In this document: one piece after another, positions 51,757 to 64,000 of the stretch | Position numbering within the stretch: position 1 is the first letter of the stretch | Layout: each line of letters opens with the position of its first letter | Source: Octopus sinensis | Taxonomy: Eukaryota | Direction: 5' to 3' | NCBI RefSeq assembly: GCF_006345805.1 | Contig: NC_043013.1 | Span: 39,742,001-39,806,000, forward strand | Length of the DNA: 64,000 bases | Notes under the pieces: generated by a model | What the model was told of the DNA's origin: nothing | What the model saw: only the letters and a program-made list of their open reading frames with translations | Databases searched by the model: none | Program-made: the position numbers and the translations under genes

Positions 51757-51987
51757 CGGTGGTGGTGGTGGTGGTGGTGATAGAGGTGTGGGGGGATGTG
51801 GTGTAGGAGGGGGTGTGATTGTTGTTTTTATTGTGTGTTGTGGATGTTGTTATGGAAACTGTTGTTTATTTGTTGTTGTTGTTGCTGCTGTTAGTGTTAG
51901 TTTTGCTTATATCGCTGATGGCAGCAATTGAGAATGCTGCTGATGGTATTGGTGAGAAGAAGTAGAAGAAGAAGAAGAAAAAGAAGG

Positions 51988-52034
<47 letters not shown>

Positions 52035-52040
52035 GTGGTG

Positions 52041-52072
<32 letters not shown>

Positions 52073-52157
52073 GATTTTGTTATCTCATGAATATAAATAT
52101 CACAGAGATATTTCAACTGAGAAGACAATAACAGACAGGGAAAATGTTAAGTAAACT

Positions 52158-52208
<51 letters not shown>

Positions 52209-52345
52209 TGATGATAATGATAATAATTATAATAATAATAACAACAACAACAGCTGCAATAATAATAATAACAACAACAACAACAGCTGCAATAATAACA
52301 ATAACAACAACAACAACAACAACAATAATAATAATAATAATAATC

Positions 52346-52387
<42 letters not shown>

Positions 52388-52409
52388 TAATAATAATAAT
52401 AATAATAAT

Positions 52410-52727
52410 CATTTCTACTCTAGATACAAGGCCTGAAACTTTAGGGGAGGGGGCTAGCCGATTATATCGACCCCCCCCCCCCGAGCTCAACAGGTACTTA
52501 TTTCATCGATCCTGACAGATGAAAGAATGAAAGGCTAAGTCGAAGTCGGTGAAATTTGAACTCAGATCGTAAAGATGGACGAAATGTTGCTAAGCGATTT
52601 GTGCGGTGTTGTAAAGCTTTTTCCCTCCTGCTGCTGACCACAAGGTCCCAAGACATATAAAAGGTCAAGAACAACTCACAGAAGCGTAGGGTTTACATCG
52701 ATGATGATGATGATAATAATAATAATA

Positions 52728-52779
<52 letters not shown>

Positions 52780-52985
52780 TCAATAATAATAATAATAATA
52801 ATATAATAATAATAATAATATAATAATGGTTTTAAATTTTCCGACAAGGGCAGCAATTTTGAGGTGAGGGCATGAGTCGATTATATCGACACCAATATTC
52901 AACTGGTACTTATTTTATCGACGACCCCGAAAGGGTGAAAGACAAAGTCGACCCCGGCGGAATTTGAACTCAGACCGTAAAGACC
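52410..52985 (-). mobile_element. Two family B SINE copies among (AAT)n tracts
   Basis: Reverse-complement family B core at 52410-52610 and 52830-52985. Confidence 0.8.
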
Positions 52986-53088
52986 GTGGTAAAGATTCTT
53001 CCCTCTCACTGCTAGCCACAAGGTCCCAAGGCATTGAGGATAATATGTAAAGGTCAAGACAACGCGCAGATGGGTAGGGTTTACAGCG

Positions 53089-53143
<55 letters not shown>

Positions 53144-53222
53144 TTTCATTTATTTGCCACAACAAGGGCGAAGGATGAGGGGAACAATACAGAGGCAGAC
53201 ATTATATGTGGGCGTTTGCATA

Positions 53223-53607
53223 TGGAAGCACTCCGTCGGTTACGACGACGAGGGTTCCGGTTGATCCGATCAACGGAACAGCCTGCTCGTGAAATTAACG
53301 TGTAAGTGGCTGAGCACTCCACAGACACGTGCACCCTTAACGCAGTTCTCGGGGATATTCAGCGTGACACAGAGAGTGACAAGGCCGGCCTCTTGAAAAT
53401 ACAGGTACAACAGAAACAGGAAGTAAGAGTGAGAGAAAGTTGTGGTGAAAGAGTACAGCAGGGATCACCACCATCCCTGCCGGAGCCTCGGGGAGCTTTT
53501 TGGTGTTTTCGCTCAATAAACACTCACAACGCCCGGTCTGGGAATCGAAACCACGATCCTACGACCGCGAGTCCGCTGCCCTAACCACTGGGCCATTGCG
53601 CCTCCAC
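53223..53607 (-). mobile_element. Family C tRNA-derived SINE, full length, 13-bp TSD
   Basis: Minus head GGAGGCGCAATGGCCCAGTGGTTAGGGCAGCGGACTCGCGGTCGTAGGATCGTGGTTTCGATTCCC with A and B boxes. TSD GGGCGTTTGCATA at 53210-53222 and 53608-53620. Confidence 0.93.
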
Positions 53608-53629
53608 GGGCGTTTGCATATAATGAAAT

Positions 53630-54879
53630 GATGAATAAAAAAAACTTGTATACACGGTAAACACTGAAAACATGTGACATATGCATAGCATACAGCGGTA
53701 AGAAAAAAGTGGCGGAGAGGATGATAAAGATGTGGCCCTCCTGATACAGGAAGACCTCTAGAGATAATCGAGGAAACTCCAGGAGCAAGTGCCCTCTCCA
53801 GTTCCTTCTCTCCGACTCACAGGTCTACACTTACAGAGGTACCATCCACTCTAGCCATTTTCGCAACTTTCACCCACCTTTCAATAAACTCACTCGAGGA
53901 CAGCTCTTGCCTCTCCACTTTCAATTTCCTTTACAATTGAAACTTGAAGAAGTCAATGAGAGCTCTACCAAAGAGGAATGTATCTGTATTCATGCCTTTC
54001 AGCCTTGTCCACCAAACCACTTTTTTCGCCACAGCCATCAGGCAAAGGAAGGCTGCTTTGCCTGCCTGCCTGCCTGACTGACTGAAGGAGGGCGGCGGTG
54101 CAATCATCACAACAGACTCGACCAACAAATCAAACCATCCTACACGTGATAGCAGTTGTTCGACATAACCCACAACTCAACAATGCTCGGACACTGAACG
54201 AGGGCGTGCAGAACGATTTGGTCACTCTGCGTCCACCTCGGCTAAGTCCATCTGACAGCACATCCATGCTTGTAGAGTTTATCTCGAACCGGTAGCGCCC
54301 CCGGTTAACACGGCCAGGCCAAAGACGTCTGGAAATTATCCATGATAGTTCCCGACTGGAAAGGCCTCTAGAAAAAATAGTCGGTTCGTTTTCGTCGGCA
54401 CCCAGAGTTTTCCCGAGAACGTCGTCGCACTTCCCCGTCACTAAAGTGGAACATCTACCGATTCCATTGCCCGACTGGTAGAGGGTTGTGACAGCCTAAT
54501 GATATTCTAGGTGCCAGGCGCCCGTTTTCGGTCTTTTCTTCACCTAGGACTGCAGCTCCGTCAAAGAGAAGAGCTGCGAAAAGACGATCCTCACAAACGG
54601 AGCCCACACACGCTCACCGTCCAGAAGTCGATGCAGGTGACGTAACCGAAGAAAGTGTCTGCACATTAGGATCCACGGTATACTTAATCCGTCACTCAGA
54701 GGATGCTGGCAACAGACTGACCACCTGGTCATCGGAAAGCGTCCCTTCCACAAGAATTTAAACAAGAGACGCTCCAGCCTGGTCAAGCAGTAACCGGGAC
54801 AAGGCACGACTGTCAGGCGATGAATGGTAACGGAGGCGATGTAAGCATTCGCCACTCTGCACAACCTTTCAGGGACAGC

Positions 54880-54882
<3 letters not shown>
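53630..54882 (-). mobile_element. 5'-truncated L1/Tx1-like LINE (post-RT region to 3' end)
   Basis: KLSLKG...VANAYIAS...LERLLFKFLWKG...CQHPLSDGLSIP and ...AVAKKVVWWTR... are typical of the L1/Tx1 ORF2 C-terminal half. Frameshifted. Confidence 0.8.
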
Positions 54883-54912
<30 letters not shown>

Positions 54913-54917
54913 GATAT

Positions 54918-54975
<58 letters not shown>

Positions 54976-54984
54976 GGATAGATG

Positions 54985-55051
<67 letters not shown>

Positions 55052-55083
55052 TAATTGATAGATAGATAGATAGACAGACAGAC

Positions 55084-55158
<75 letters not shown>

Positions 55159-55478
55159 GAGCGAGAGATGGAGAAGGAGAGAGAGAGGGAGAGACAGAGA
55201 GAAAGAGAGACAGACACACATGTACCTACGTAGCTCTATACACTCTAGTCTAGACAGTCTAGTGACTGGTATGTTTATAGTACACCAGTGAAAAAGAAAA
55301 GTGTGTTTCGCTGTTTAACGATAAAGTACATCAAATATACTTGAATGCAAACTTGGCGAAAATTAATCTTTTTCTTTTTGCTTCTTTTTTATCTCCGTGT
55401 TTTTTTTATGTGTGTGTGTGTGTATGTGTGCATGTGTACGTGTATATGTGTTTATACATGTGTGGTTATACGTATGTC

Positions 55479-55580
55479 ATTGTTTTGTTTATTTCAAGAT
55501 TTCTTACCAATACAGAACCGGTTTCTAACCTCGATCCATGGCTCCTTCATTGGAATTTCAACATCAACAACAGGGTATTT
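55479..55580 (-). repeat. (TACA)n-embedded module
   Basis: TTTATTTCAAGATTTCTT...CCGGTTTCTAACCT...GGCTCCTTCATTGGAATTTCAACATCAAC. Confidence 0.75.
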
Positions 55581-55663
55581 TTGTTTGTTTGTATGTATGT
55601 ATGTATGTATGTATGTATGTATGTATGTATGTATGTATTTATGTATGTATATATGTATGTATG

Positions 55664-55957
55664 CAGGGGTGTAGCTAGGGTGAGGCAAGCAGGCCACATG
55701 CCCTGGGCGCCACTTTGATGTAAGGGCGAAATTTTGGACAAGATCATTTTCTAATTAAGCCATTAAAAAATTTTTTTAACCTTTTAAGGCATGGTCAGTT
55801 TTGCTTATCGCCATCCATGACACTAGACAAAACAGTTGTTCTTACTTGATCTTGATCTGACAAAATGCATGCGCTGACCACCTCAACTCCCCACTGACTG
55901 GGTGGGGCGCAATTTTGATGCTTGCCCTGGACGTCATTTACCCTAGCTACGTCCCTG
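55664..55957. mobile_element. MITE (hAT-like) inserted in (TATG)n
   Basis: TIRs CAGGGGTGTAGCTAGGGT / ACCCTAGCTACGTCCCTG. Confidence 0.75.
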
Positions 55958-56429
55958 TTTGTATATATGTATGCATGTATGTATGTATGTATGTATGTAT
56001 GTATGTATGTATGTATGTGTTCGTACACTTTTTGCTTACAATATAGTTTGTTCTACACAGTACATTAATGACTCTCCGAAATTTTGTCGACCCCAGCAAA
56101 AGGGTCAATAAATGTTTTCAAGGATCAAACAGAAAGCGTGACCCCAGAAACGGTTTCCTCAAACCGAACGGTAGGATAGAGAATTTGACAGTATTTCGAC
56201 CACTGGACGGGACATCCAGCCACAGAATGACTGCTTGAATTATATTCGAACGTATGCCACCAGCTGTACGTCTGGTTCTGGTATCCAGATGGACATTTTG
56301 AGGTCTGGACATCTAGAGAAACCCTTCAAATATATTTTTAAAGCTATATTTTTCTTTTGAGGTCCTTAATCGGACTTTTCTTTAACGATGAATGTAGTTT
56401 TCGCAAAGTTAGCGTCTGGACATTTTTTA

Positions 56430-56637
56430 TCATCACCACCACCACCACCACAACCGTCACAGCGACCACCGCAACCATTCCAGTAACGTCACCACACATA
56501 CCATCACAACAAAACCATCACCACCACCAACACCATTACTACTACTACTACCACTACTACTACTACCACCACTACTACTACTACCACCACCACTGCTACT
56601 ACGACTACTACTATTACTACAACTACCACCACCACTG

Positions 56638-56677
<40 letters not shown>

Positions 56678-56678
56678 A

Positions 56679-56718
<40 letters not shown>

Positions 56719-57702
56719 AAGCCATACACCGGCACCTTCATTTGTCTTCCCCCTCGTCATTAGCTTTCACTGTTAACACCATCACCACCATGTTGATAAA
56801 ACCAGTCAATAAACCGCGCCCCAACCACCACTGCCACCACCACCTACACCATCGCCACCACTACTACAAAAACTACCGACATCACCATTGCCACTGGCGC
56901 CAATACCAACATCTTCACCACTACTACCACCACCACTATCACCCCCTCCCATAACTATTATCACCGCTACTTCCACAACCTCCATTACTATATTGGCTAC
57001 TACTTCTACTATAGCCTATACCATCTTCACTACTACTACCACCACTACCACTACATCAAAGCCACTATTATGTTTGCTATCGTCAACAATACCACTACCA
57101 CAACTACTAAACCCAACACTACAACACCAACTACTACCACCTACAAGCACCTAAACCACAATCAAAACTACCACCACCATTATCTCCGCCATCGCCACTA
57201 CGACTTCCACCATCACCACCACAACCGCTACCATCACTAACACCGCCCGCCAGTTGGTTGGTCAAATTATCTGCACTTCTACAGAAGAGACCCTTGTTGA
57301 AACCTGCTGCTGCTGTTGCTGCTGCTGCTGTTGTTGTTGTGTGGCTGCTGTTGCTATCTGTTGCCTTGACAACGGGCAGCAGAGAAGCTCACAACAAAAC
57401 AGTCGTTTATGGAAAACAAGGAAGAGAAACAAATAATTAAAAAAAAATTATATGCTGCATAGTAATGGTGGTGGTGGGTGGTGGTGGAGACGGTGGTGGT
57501 GGAGACGGTGGTGGTGGAGACGGTGGTGATGGTAGTAGTAGTAGTAGTAGTAGTAGTAGTTAAAATGCTGGTGGTGGTGGCGACGGCGGCAACGGTGGAT
57601 TGTGATGGTGATAATGGTGGTGGTGGTGGAGACGGTGTTGTGTTGTTTCTGTTGTTGTTTGTGGTGGTGGTGGTGGTGGTGGAGGTGGTGGTGGAGACGG
57701 TG

Positions 57703-57738
<36 letters not shown>

Positions 57739-58790
57739 GTTAAAATGCTGGTGGTGGTGGCGCTGGCGGCAACAGTGGCCTGTTATGGTGGTAATGGTGG
57801 TGGTGGTGGTGGTGGTAGTGGTGGTGGTGGGGATGATGGTGGTGGTGGTGGTGGTGGTGGTGGTGGTGGTGGTGATGATGGTGATGATAGCGGCAGCTGC
57901 AATAACCCGCAACCACTTCAGCCAACAAAACTTAATTAGCCACAACCAATTATATCATTACCACCGCCGCCACCGCCACCATCAGTAACACCACCACCAC
58001 CGCCAACAACAACGACGCCCACCCCTCCCAACAACACCAGCACCAACATCACTACCATCATCATCATCATCACAAACATCACTACCAACATCATCATCAT
58101 CACAAACATCACTACCAACATCACAACCAATAAAACTGTGCTTGCTTTACATTTTTTGAATTCACGATTGCAGTAACGACCAGCACCGCCACTCACGACT
58201 ACCACCACCACCACCACCACCACCACCACCACCACTGCAATCGCACGTACCGTCACCACTACTGCCACCTTCATGACAATTACAACTACTACCACCACCA
58301 CCTCTACTACTACTACTACTACTGTCACAGCTTGATTAAAACTGTCTGCTAATAATTGTTCTACTGATAGTGAAAGTATTAGTAGTAGTGGTGGTGGTGG
58401 TGGTGGTGGTGGTGGTAAGGAGGAGAATGATGACAGTCATAGTTGCTGAGGGGGAGACGGTTGCGATGGTTGGGTTAAGTGTCGTAGTGATGGTGATGAT
58501 GATGATGAGGAGGAGGAGGAGGAGAACGACGGCGATGACGACCGACGATGATGATGATGATGGCAGTGATGACGATGACATCAACGACGATGACAATGAC
58601 GCTGACAGCTACGGTGATGACGGCGACAACGACGACGACGGCGGCGGCGGCGATGACGAGGACTTCGATGATGAGGATTGATTATGATGACGACTACGGC
58701 GAAGATGATGATAAGATGATGATGGTGGTGCTGCTACTGCTGCTAGTGGTGGCGGCGGCGGTACGGTGGGCGTAATGGTGGTGATGATAA
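56430..58790. repeat. Compound trinucleotide low-complexity domain (CAC/TAC/GGT/GAT)
   Basis: Directly visible; includes a 180-bp-period internal duplication. Confidence 0.9.
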
Positions 58791-58890
58791 ACATAACACA
58801 CAAACAGCCAAAATATTTACCCAACAAAAACTGACAGTCGCACCAAATATCCCTTACCTGTCCACTGTAGATCCCTATTCCAAATCTAAA

Positions 58891-59210
58891 AGACTCCGCT
58901 GGTTACGACGACGAGGGTCCCAGCTGATACGATCAACGGAACAGCTTGCTCGTGAAATTAACGTGCAAATGGCTGAGCATTCCACAGACACGTGTACCCT
59001 TAACGTAGTTCTCGGGGATAATCAGCGTGACACAGAGAGTGACAAGGCTGACCCTTTGAAATACAAGTACAACTCATTTTTGCCAGCTGAGTGGACTGAA
59101 GCAACGTGAAATAAAGTGTCTTGCTCAAGGACACAACGCGTCGCCGGGAATCGAACTCACAACCTTACGATCATGAGCCGGATGCCCTAACCACTAAGCC
59201 ACGCGCCCTC
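58891..59210 (-). mobile_element. Family C-related SINE, full length, ~16-bp TSD
   Basis: Minus head GGGCGCGTGGCTTAGTGGTTAGGGCATCCGGCTCATGATCGTAAGGTTGTGAGTTCGATTCCC. TSD CCTATTCCAAAT(C/A)TAA at 58874 and 59212. Confidence 0.92.
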
Positions 59211-59424
59211 ACCTATTCCAAATATAACTGTCCCAAACACACTCTATTGCATTTTCAACTGTCAGTTCCTGCAAATCCTGGAGAATCAATGGGAACGAAG
59301 TAAACCTGAACCAATTCTTTCCCGCCAACACCTAAATCCACTTCAATAAAACTGTGCTTGCTTTACATTTTTTCAATTTAATTTTCGGGAGATTTTACTT
59401 AAACGCTAGCACAGCTGTAAGTAT

Positions 59425-59722
59425 GTCTCTTCTATTTTTTTAATTATTATAAATCTTCCACTGAGGAGGGAGCCGGTTTCCAACAAAGATACAAAGCTCC
59501 TTGTTTGGGATGTTGTTAACAGAGACTAATTCACATTTGGAACCTGAGGAAAGTCTTGCATATTTTTACTGTTCCACTCACAGACTGGGCTTGTAATGTA
59601 CGATTCAACCGGTCAGTTTCTCTTTCTGAAAATCCCAGTTTATCCAGATCCTCCTTTAAGCATTTACTAAGAAAACCTATAATCCCAATTATTATTGGTA
59701 TGAATATGAATTCAGTCTGGAT
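59425..59722 (-). mobile_element. 3' end of an RLE-type (R4/Dong-like) non-LTR retrotransposon
   Basis: Minus frame FIFIPIIIGIIGFLSKCLKEDLDKLGF...TLQAQSVSGTVKICKTFLRFQM* resembles RLE element C-termini. Its 3' UTR AAGGAGCTTTGTATCTTTGTTGGAAACCGGCTC resembles the TACA module, and it abuts (TATG)n. Confidence 0.6.
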
Positions 59723-59840
59723 ATGTACGTATGTATGTATGTATGTATGTATGTATGTATGTATGTATGTATGTTATGTATGTATGTATGCATAAACGTT
59801 TGATTATATGCGTGTATATGTGTGTATATATATATGAGAT

Positions 59841-59872
<32 letters not shown>

Positions 59873-60051
59873 GAGGGAAGAAACCGTCAGACGGACGGAC
59901 AGACAGTGACAGAAAGGGTAAAGTAACATTGCCGTAGTAAGTGGAGTCTGTTACGTTTCGGACAAGATTCTTCTTCAGAAATGAGATAACAACAGAAACA
60001 AAAAGTAAAGGCAGAAGAGTTTTAAATCCCCAGAAAGGAACACAAAACAAA

Positions 60052-60119
<68 letters not shown>

Positions 60120-60199
60120 AGAAGTTTGGAGACGGAGAAAGGAGGAAAGTGAAATGATAAGAGAAGCTAGTGAAGATAAGGCGGAGGAAAAATGAAGGT

Positions 60200-60805
60200 A
60201 AAAATTGAGCTAAAGCGTACTAAGTCCGGTTCCTATTTCTACTATTCCTTCACTTTCCCTAAGCACAGTAAATTTGTCCATTCTCTGAGTTCCTCTGCCT
60301 TCGTCGAGACATCAGCAACGATTCGGATTTCGAATCTCAGTGTGACAAGAAACATTTCTTCCTAAATTGAGTGTACCCGCCATCGATTGTGAACGCCGTG
60401 CCATCGGCGCCTCATCGCTCTCCTACCTTCATTATGTTCACCTATACACTAAATCCTATCATCATTCATCCTCTACCCATCCAATCTACCCGTTGAAATG
60501 CACACTCGTCTGCAACTGCCAAAACTTCCACTAACCCCACAAGCACTCCGAAATTTACCGCACCATCTTTCCTCATCGTCAAGAAAGATAAAACCCTCAC
60601 CAACCTCTTAGAGGCGCCTTAGCGGCAAGCCATTCAAAACGAAACAATTTAAACGCCTTTCTCTTCGCAGTAACGCTGCCCCGCCATAAACACATCAACT
60701 ACTATCGGCTCTAAATCACAGTACCACATCACACAGAAATTCTACTGCATATCTGCTAACAGTGTGCCCCAGAATTAACTATCTATTTCAGTGAAATCGG
60801 ATAAT
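60200..60805 (+). mobile_element. Decayed Penelope-like element (RT thumb to GIY-YIG start)
   Basis: PKHSK...FSEFLCLRRDISNDSDFESQC...YPPSIV, then GSKSQYHITQKFYCISAN...IYFSEIG. Frameshifted and absent from the ORF track. Confidence 0.7.
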
Positions 60806-60984
60806 GTTTGTAAAAACTCACTTTTATTCATGTTTAGATTTTAAATTTTGCTTACAATTTTATAATTTTTATAATTTTCTTATAATTTTATTTTCATTCC
60901 TATTGGATCCCGCTCCGCTTATCTGTCCGCGACAGCTTGTTTTCAATTTAGCTGCAATAATTTTATCTTCCTCCATCCCCAGTA

Positions 60985-61150
60985 TGGAGCAATAGTTTAA
61001 CTGATCTCAAAGAACGCATACACTTAGATCTTAAATGATGCGTGCAGGAGATGAGTCGTGAGACGCTTCAAAATGCGTTTCGCAACGTTAAGGATAGATT
61101 TGAAATTTGCACGGATACAGACGGATCACATGTTGAATATTTTCAATAAA
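60985..61150 (+). mobile_element. Tc1/mariner-superfamily transposase C-terminal remnant
   Basis: DLKERI...ETLQNAFRNVKDRFEICTDTDGSHVEY*. Confidence 0.6.
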
Positions 61151-61195
61151 GTTTTGACGTAAGATATATAAATCTATTTGCTTTTGGTATCATTA

Positions 61196-61583
61196 TCTCT
61201 CTCTCTATATATAAACGGCAGTTTGTCTGTGCGTGTTTCTGTGTGTCTGTCAGGTTGTACCCTCACCCTGACCACGGCTTTCAACCGATTCTGATGAAAC
61301 TTGACACACACATAGCCCAATGTCATAATTCAAAACTAACGCAGCGAAAATTTTGAAAAGTTTCCCCAGTTCTGAAAAAAATCGATAAATTCGATATGGG
61401 GTCGACAATGAGAAACACAAACCACAAACTGTCTAGGGAACGCAACTCCACCTTTTTTAAATCTCAAAAAAATTTACCATCATTTTTTTCCCATTTTTTG
61501 GCTATTTTTTGGCTATAACTCTCTAAAAATGCTTTATAGTTATTTCCCTTACAAACCTGAGCAACGCCGGGCGATACTGCTAG
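61196..61583 (+). mobile_element. Non-autonomous Helitron
   Basis: A|TC...hairpin CCTGAGCAACGCCGGG...CTAG|T. Confidence 0.8.
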
Positions 61584-62121
61584 TTAAGTAATAAACAGAA
61601 AATTCTGTCAATTTTTTAAAAACTTGGGCTGATTTCTTTGAAATAGGATAGTTAATTGTAGCACATCCTATATATTGCATCACTGCAAGCTTTGCGTTGT
61701 CCTTTACACGTGGAGCAAACCGCCGCTTTACAAATCGTTTTCGTGTACACATTCATAGCATGTTCTACATGTGCTAGACTAACATGTTGCTGCCCACATC
61801 AACATGACAAGCCACTCCATTACTTATTAATCCCTGCACACCATGGATCAGTAAACTGCAAGTAAAGGAACCACGTTTCATATTCAAACTGGAAACTTCG
61901 GTACCGACAGCTTCAAAGGAATAGTTTGTCTTTTAAATGAATAGTTTGCCAAATTTTCCTAATACAGAGATAACAACATCATCATCATCATTGTTGTCAA
62001 AAGGGTCACCGTCAACGTAATCTGTATCATCATCATCATCATCATCATCATTGTCGTCGTCGCCATTGTCGTCGTCTCATCACCGTCATCCCCTTCCTCG
62101 TCATCATGACTTTAACTATTG

Positions 62122-62358
62122 CAGTAATCCCTCGACTATCGCGGCTATTACGTTCCAAAATCCCCCGCAATAGATGAAAATCCGCGAAGTAGAAACAGTA
62201 TTGTACTGTATATTTTTTATAATTATTTTTATAATTTGTATGTATTTATTTTACTATAAATGCAAAACATCACCACAGAAGAATCGACATAAGATTAAAT
62301 AATAAACCGCGATTGGCGAACCGCGATAGGTGAACCGTGATATGGCGAGAGATTACTG
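62122..62358. mobile_element. pogo/Tigger-like MITE
   Basis: TIRs CAGTAATCCCTCG / CGAGAGATTACTG followed by TA; subterminal AACCGCGAT repeats. Confidence 0.8.
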
Positions 62359-62879
62359 TAGCTTTCCTCGCGTTTTAATTCTTTCCTCAGCCACATCCCC
62401 AGCAATTTCTTTTTCTCTGTGTAGTTTTGCTTCTTGCTCTCTCCACACCACCCCACGTCTCTTTCTCTCTCTCTCTCCCTCCCTCTCTCTCTCTCTTTCT
62501 CGCTTTCCTATCTATTCATCTATCTACCTCTTTCGCTCTTACCTAGCTTCTTTCTCCTAATCCGTCCTATACACACACGTATTCTCACAGTTTTGCAACC
62601 CCAGTAACTCACATACAGAGTGGGGGAGTGTTTTGTTTTATAGGTATTATTTCTCTTCTTTTCTCAATTCTGAAGAATTCTATTCAAAATAGAGGAAACT
62701 CGACTCCCTGTAGCAAGACTACGTCGTGTAACTTTTTCTAATAATAAATTTTGCCAACTGAGACAGACCAGCAGCTGTTTTTTTTTTTCCTGCATACACA
62801 CACGAATACACACAGACAAACACACGCACAAACATATATATACGTACATACATCTCTTACTCTCTATCTGAATATGTGT

Positions 62880-63150
62880 GTTATCATTTAACGTCCGTGT
62901 TCCATGCTAGCATGGGTGGGACGGTACCACAAAAACCTGCACCAGACATGTATGACTGTTTTGGCAGGATTTGTACACCCGGATGCCCTTCGTAAGAGCA
63001 GAGTGAACTTAGTGATTTTTAAGTGGCACAAGCACAGGCGAGGTCAGCTTTGGCATGGTTTTTACAGCTGGATGAGCTTCCGAACACCAACCACTTTACA
63101 GAATGGACTGGGTGCTTTTAAGTGGCACCTGCACAGACGGGGTCAACAAA
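62880..63150 (-). mobile_element. Retroelement (SINE/RTE-related) 3' tail
   Basis: Minus strand: GAAGGGCATCCGG...CCCATGCTAGCATGGAACACGGACGTTAAATGATAA. Confidence 0.55.
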
Positions 63151-63362
63151 TACTTGCAAGACAAAACAAAAAACTTTTAAGACGGCAGGAGGGATGGAGG
63201 AGGTGATGATGAAAAGGTTATAGTGAGACAGATACAGGTGTCTTGCTGTAAAGGAAGTACAAGGTTACACTGCTAGAGAGAGAAAGATCAGGAATGAAGA
63301 CAGAAACAGGTGTGCTACAGCAAAGACGTACACCTGTTTTCTCTGTGCAGGAGAAAAAAAAA

Positions 63363-63408
<46 letters not shown>

Positions 63409-63755
63409 AGACCGCAGGATAGAGAGGGTGGAAAAATGCCGTGTATATATATGTGCATATGTATAAATAATTATATATATGTATGTATGTATGTATACAC
63501 ACATGTATAAACCCATATGCAAAAATAAATAGATTCATAGACACAGACATACATATTGCCTTACATGTTTCTTCCACTAGACTATTGTTTCAGGGAAAGA
63601 CGGTGAGAGAGAGAGAGAGTGAGAGAGAGAGAGAGAGGAGGGAGCCAGAGAGGGGGGAGCAGAGAGACAGACAGACAGAAGTAGCCACACGTGACCTAGA
63701 AACTTTCTCGGACTAATATAACTACAAAGATGAGACTATTCAACAGTAAGTTATA

Positions 63756-63802
<47 letters not shown>

Positions 63803-63810
63803 ATATATAT

Positions 63811-63860
<50 letters not shown>

Positions 63861-64000
63861 ATAAATATATATATATATCAACATCAGATAAATTGAGAAT
63901 AGTCTTAGTTGAATGCTGGTCTAAATAAGAGACTCAGTGAAATTAGAAACGTTGAATTTCTATAATATAATTATATAATATACAGTCATATAATATAATG

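Noticed and set aside
53535-53607. tRNA gene (also 59140-59210 and 24461-24530)
   Set aside because: These are tRNA-like heads of SINEs, continuous with SINE bodies; the first two are also bounded by TSDs.
58850-58890. Minus-strand micro-exon with donor CAG|GTAAGG
   Set aside because: The apparent acceptor is formed by the SINE tail and TSD, and there is no coding evidence.

Overview
This is AT-rich, repeat-dominated eukaryotic DNA. The SINE families and microsatellite spectrum look like an octopus (cephalopod) genome, which is my recognition rather than a tested assignment. Nearly all ORF-track entries are microsatellite artefacts. The window reads as mostly intronic or intergenic. It has one credible minus-strand exon (47670-47818) and one 100-N scaffold gap. 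Mobile DNA includes three tRNA-derived SINE families, decayed Tc1/mariner pieces, MITEs, two non-autonomous Helitrons, RTE, L1/Tx1 and R4/Dong-like LINE fragments, and several Penelope-like element (PLE) remnants. The most notable pattern is about nine minimal type I hammerhead ribozyme motifs from several sequence families. They lie in short PLE-terminal modules that abut (TA)n tracts, often as inverted pairs, and include a core variant shared by two copies and one with a very long stem II. A second pattern is a ~100-bp module found almost only inside (TACA)n arrays, probably the 3' end of a microsatellite-targeting R4/Dong-like retrotransposon. All coordinates were read by eye, so element boundaries are approximate.
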